Shown: positions 63,089-64,000 of the stretch, in pieces | How positions within the stretch are numbered: the stretch's first letter is position 1 | How the letters are laid out: each line of letters starts with the position of its first letter | NCBI RefSeq assembly: GCF_964213995.1 | Contig: NC_135830.1 | Location: 4,712,001 to 4,776,000 of the forward strand | From: Mustelus asterias | Taxonomy: Eukaryota | Length of the DNA stretch: 64,000 nt | Reading direction: 5' to 3' | Translations under genes and position numbers: made by a program | The notes under the pieces: generated by a model | Database searches by the model: none | The model's input: the letters and a program-made list of their open reading frames with translations, nothing else | What the model was told of the DNA's origin: nothing

Positions 63089-63160
63089 TTTCCTGACCGG
63101 GAATCGAATGCTGGTCGTGGCAGTGGGAGCGCCGAATCCTAACCATTAGACCATCAGAGA
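63089..63160 (-). pseudogene. tRNA-Glu(CTC)-derived copy, anticodon changed to CCC
   Basis: TCTCTGATGGTCTAATGGTTAGGATTCGGCGCTCCCACTGCCACGACCAGCATTCGATTCCCGGTCAGGAAA; T stem disrupted. Confidence 0.75.
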
Positions 63161-64000
63161 AGATAACGACGCAACGTTTAGCCTGACTTTTCCACTTCAG
63201 CATTTTTTTAAATACACAAGAAATATTTGTTGGACAAAAATCACATCCAGAATTAACACGAGTGACTCCTTCAGCCAATGAAACACTAATTGTTGCTGTC
63301 TGGAACAAGGAATCAACAGTGAGGTCTCACAGGATGTTCATGTGTATCTTGCAATTTCCAAAACCGACTCATCTCATCACTGCTGATCCTGTGAAACGGA
63401 TGAGGTAACACACAGCAGATGTCCATCGCTTCAACCTATCTGCTTTCCACCTCAGCATTGTGTAGCTTTAAAAGCACCGTTCTTTAAAAGTTTAAGACTA
63501 TCGTCATTCCACTGATCATTACCGACTTTCTGTGTATTTTATATTGTGATAAAACCTGTATTTATAATATAGACAGCTGATGGTAGACATTCTCTGCTGA
63601 TTTGGCAGCATCTGTGGACACATAAAAATCTAAATATTTCCATGCGTTAGCTGTTTCTGAATTATAGCGATTATTGCGTTTGTAAAGCGGCAAAATATTT
63701 TCAAAACAACTGACTCATTTCAAATTGTTTTTGTTAAATATTAAGGCATTAAATTGTCTCACAGCCATAGGACATTTACACTTCGCCAGGTCTTGAATGA
63801 TATTGTACAACTGCAGTCATAGAGAAAGGAAACAAATTGGGACAAATATTATTTTCTGAATCTTACGTTAGATCAATGAATATGCCACATTGCTAAGGTT
63901 TTCAGCCGAATTGGAATAGGAGAAAACAAGGTTCCACATTGCAATCAGACTGCACGGTTTGATATTCTCGGCCGGTCACATTGGTCATGAACAGAGTTTC

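Overview
This is eukaryotic DNA from a cartilaginous fish (shark or ray), judged from the Ig sequences and the CR1/V-SINE/Penelope repeat content. Bases ~2.9-16.9 kb hold a complete minus-strand IgM-type heavy-chain gene: leader, a single pre-joined VDJ exon with no recombination signal sequence (RSS), CH1-CH4 and a secretory tail. All exons are in frame with GT-AG splice sites. No TM exons were found in the window. The encoded chain is unusual. The CH1 light-chain-linking Cys, a CH2 Cys pair and the penultimate tailpiece Cys are each one nucleotide away from TGT, two new Cys appear, the tailpiece is shortened, and the VH has L39/E44 at the VL interface. About 28 kb upstream, in the same orientation, lies an isolated TCR alpha/delta-type V segment with a 23-RSS. 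Bases ~29-64 kb are a segmentally duplicated, mostly decayed tRNA gene cluster: intact Lys-CTT, near-intact Asn-GTT and Cys-GCA, and many pseudogenes, including Pro-TGG copies with an insertion at the canonical intron site. The rest is CR1 LINEs, V-SINEs, Penelope elements carrying minimal hammerhead ribozymes, and a decayed Buster-type hAT transposon. Comparisons with canonical shark sequences are from recall, not from a database search, and repeat boundaries are approximate.
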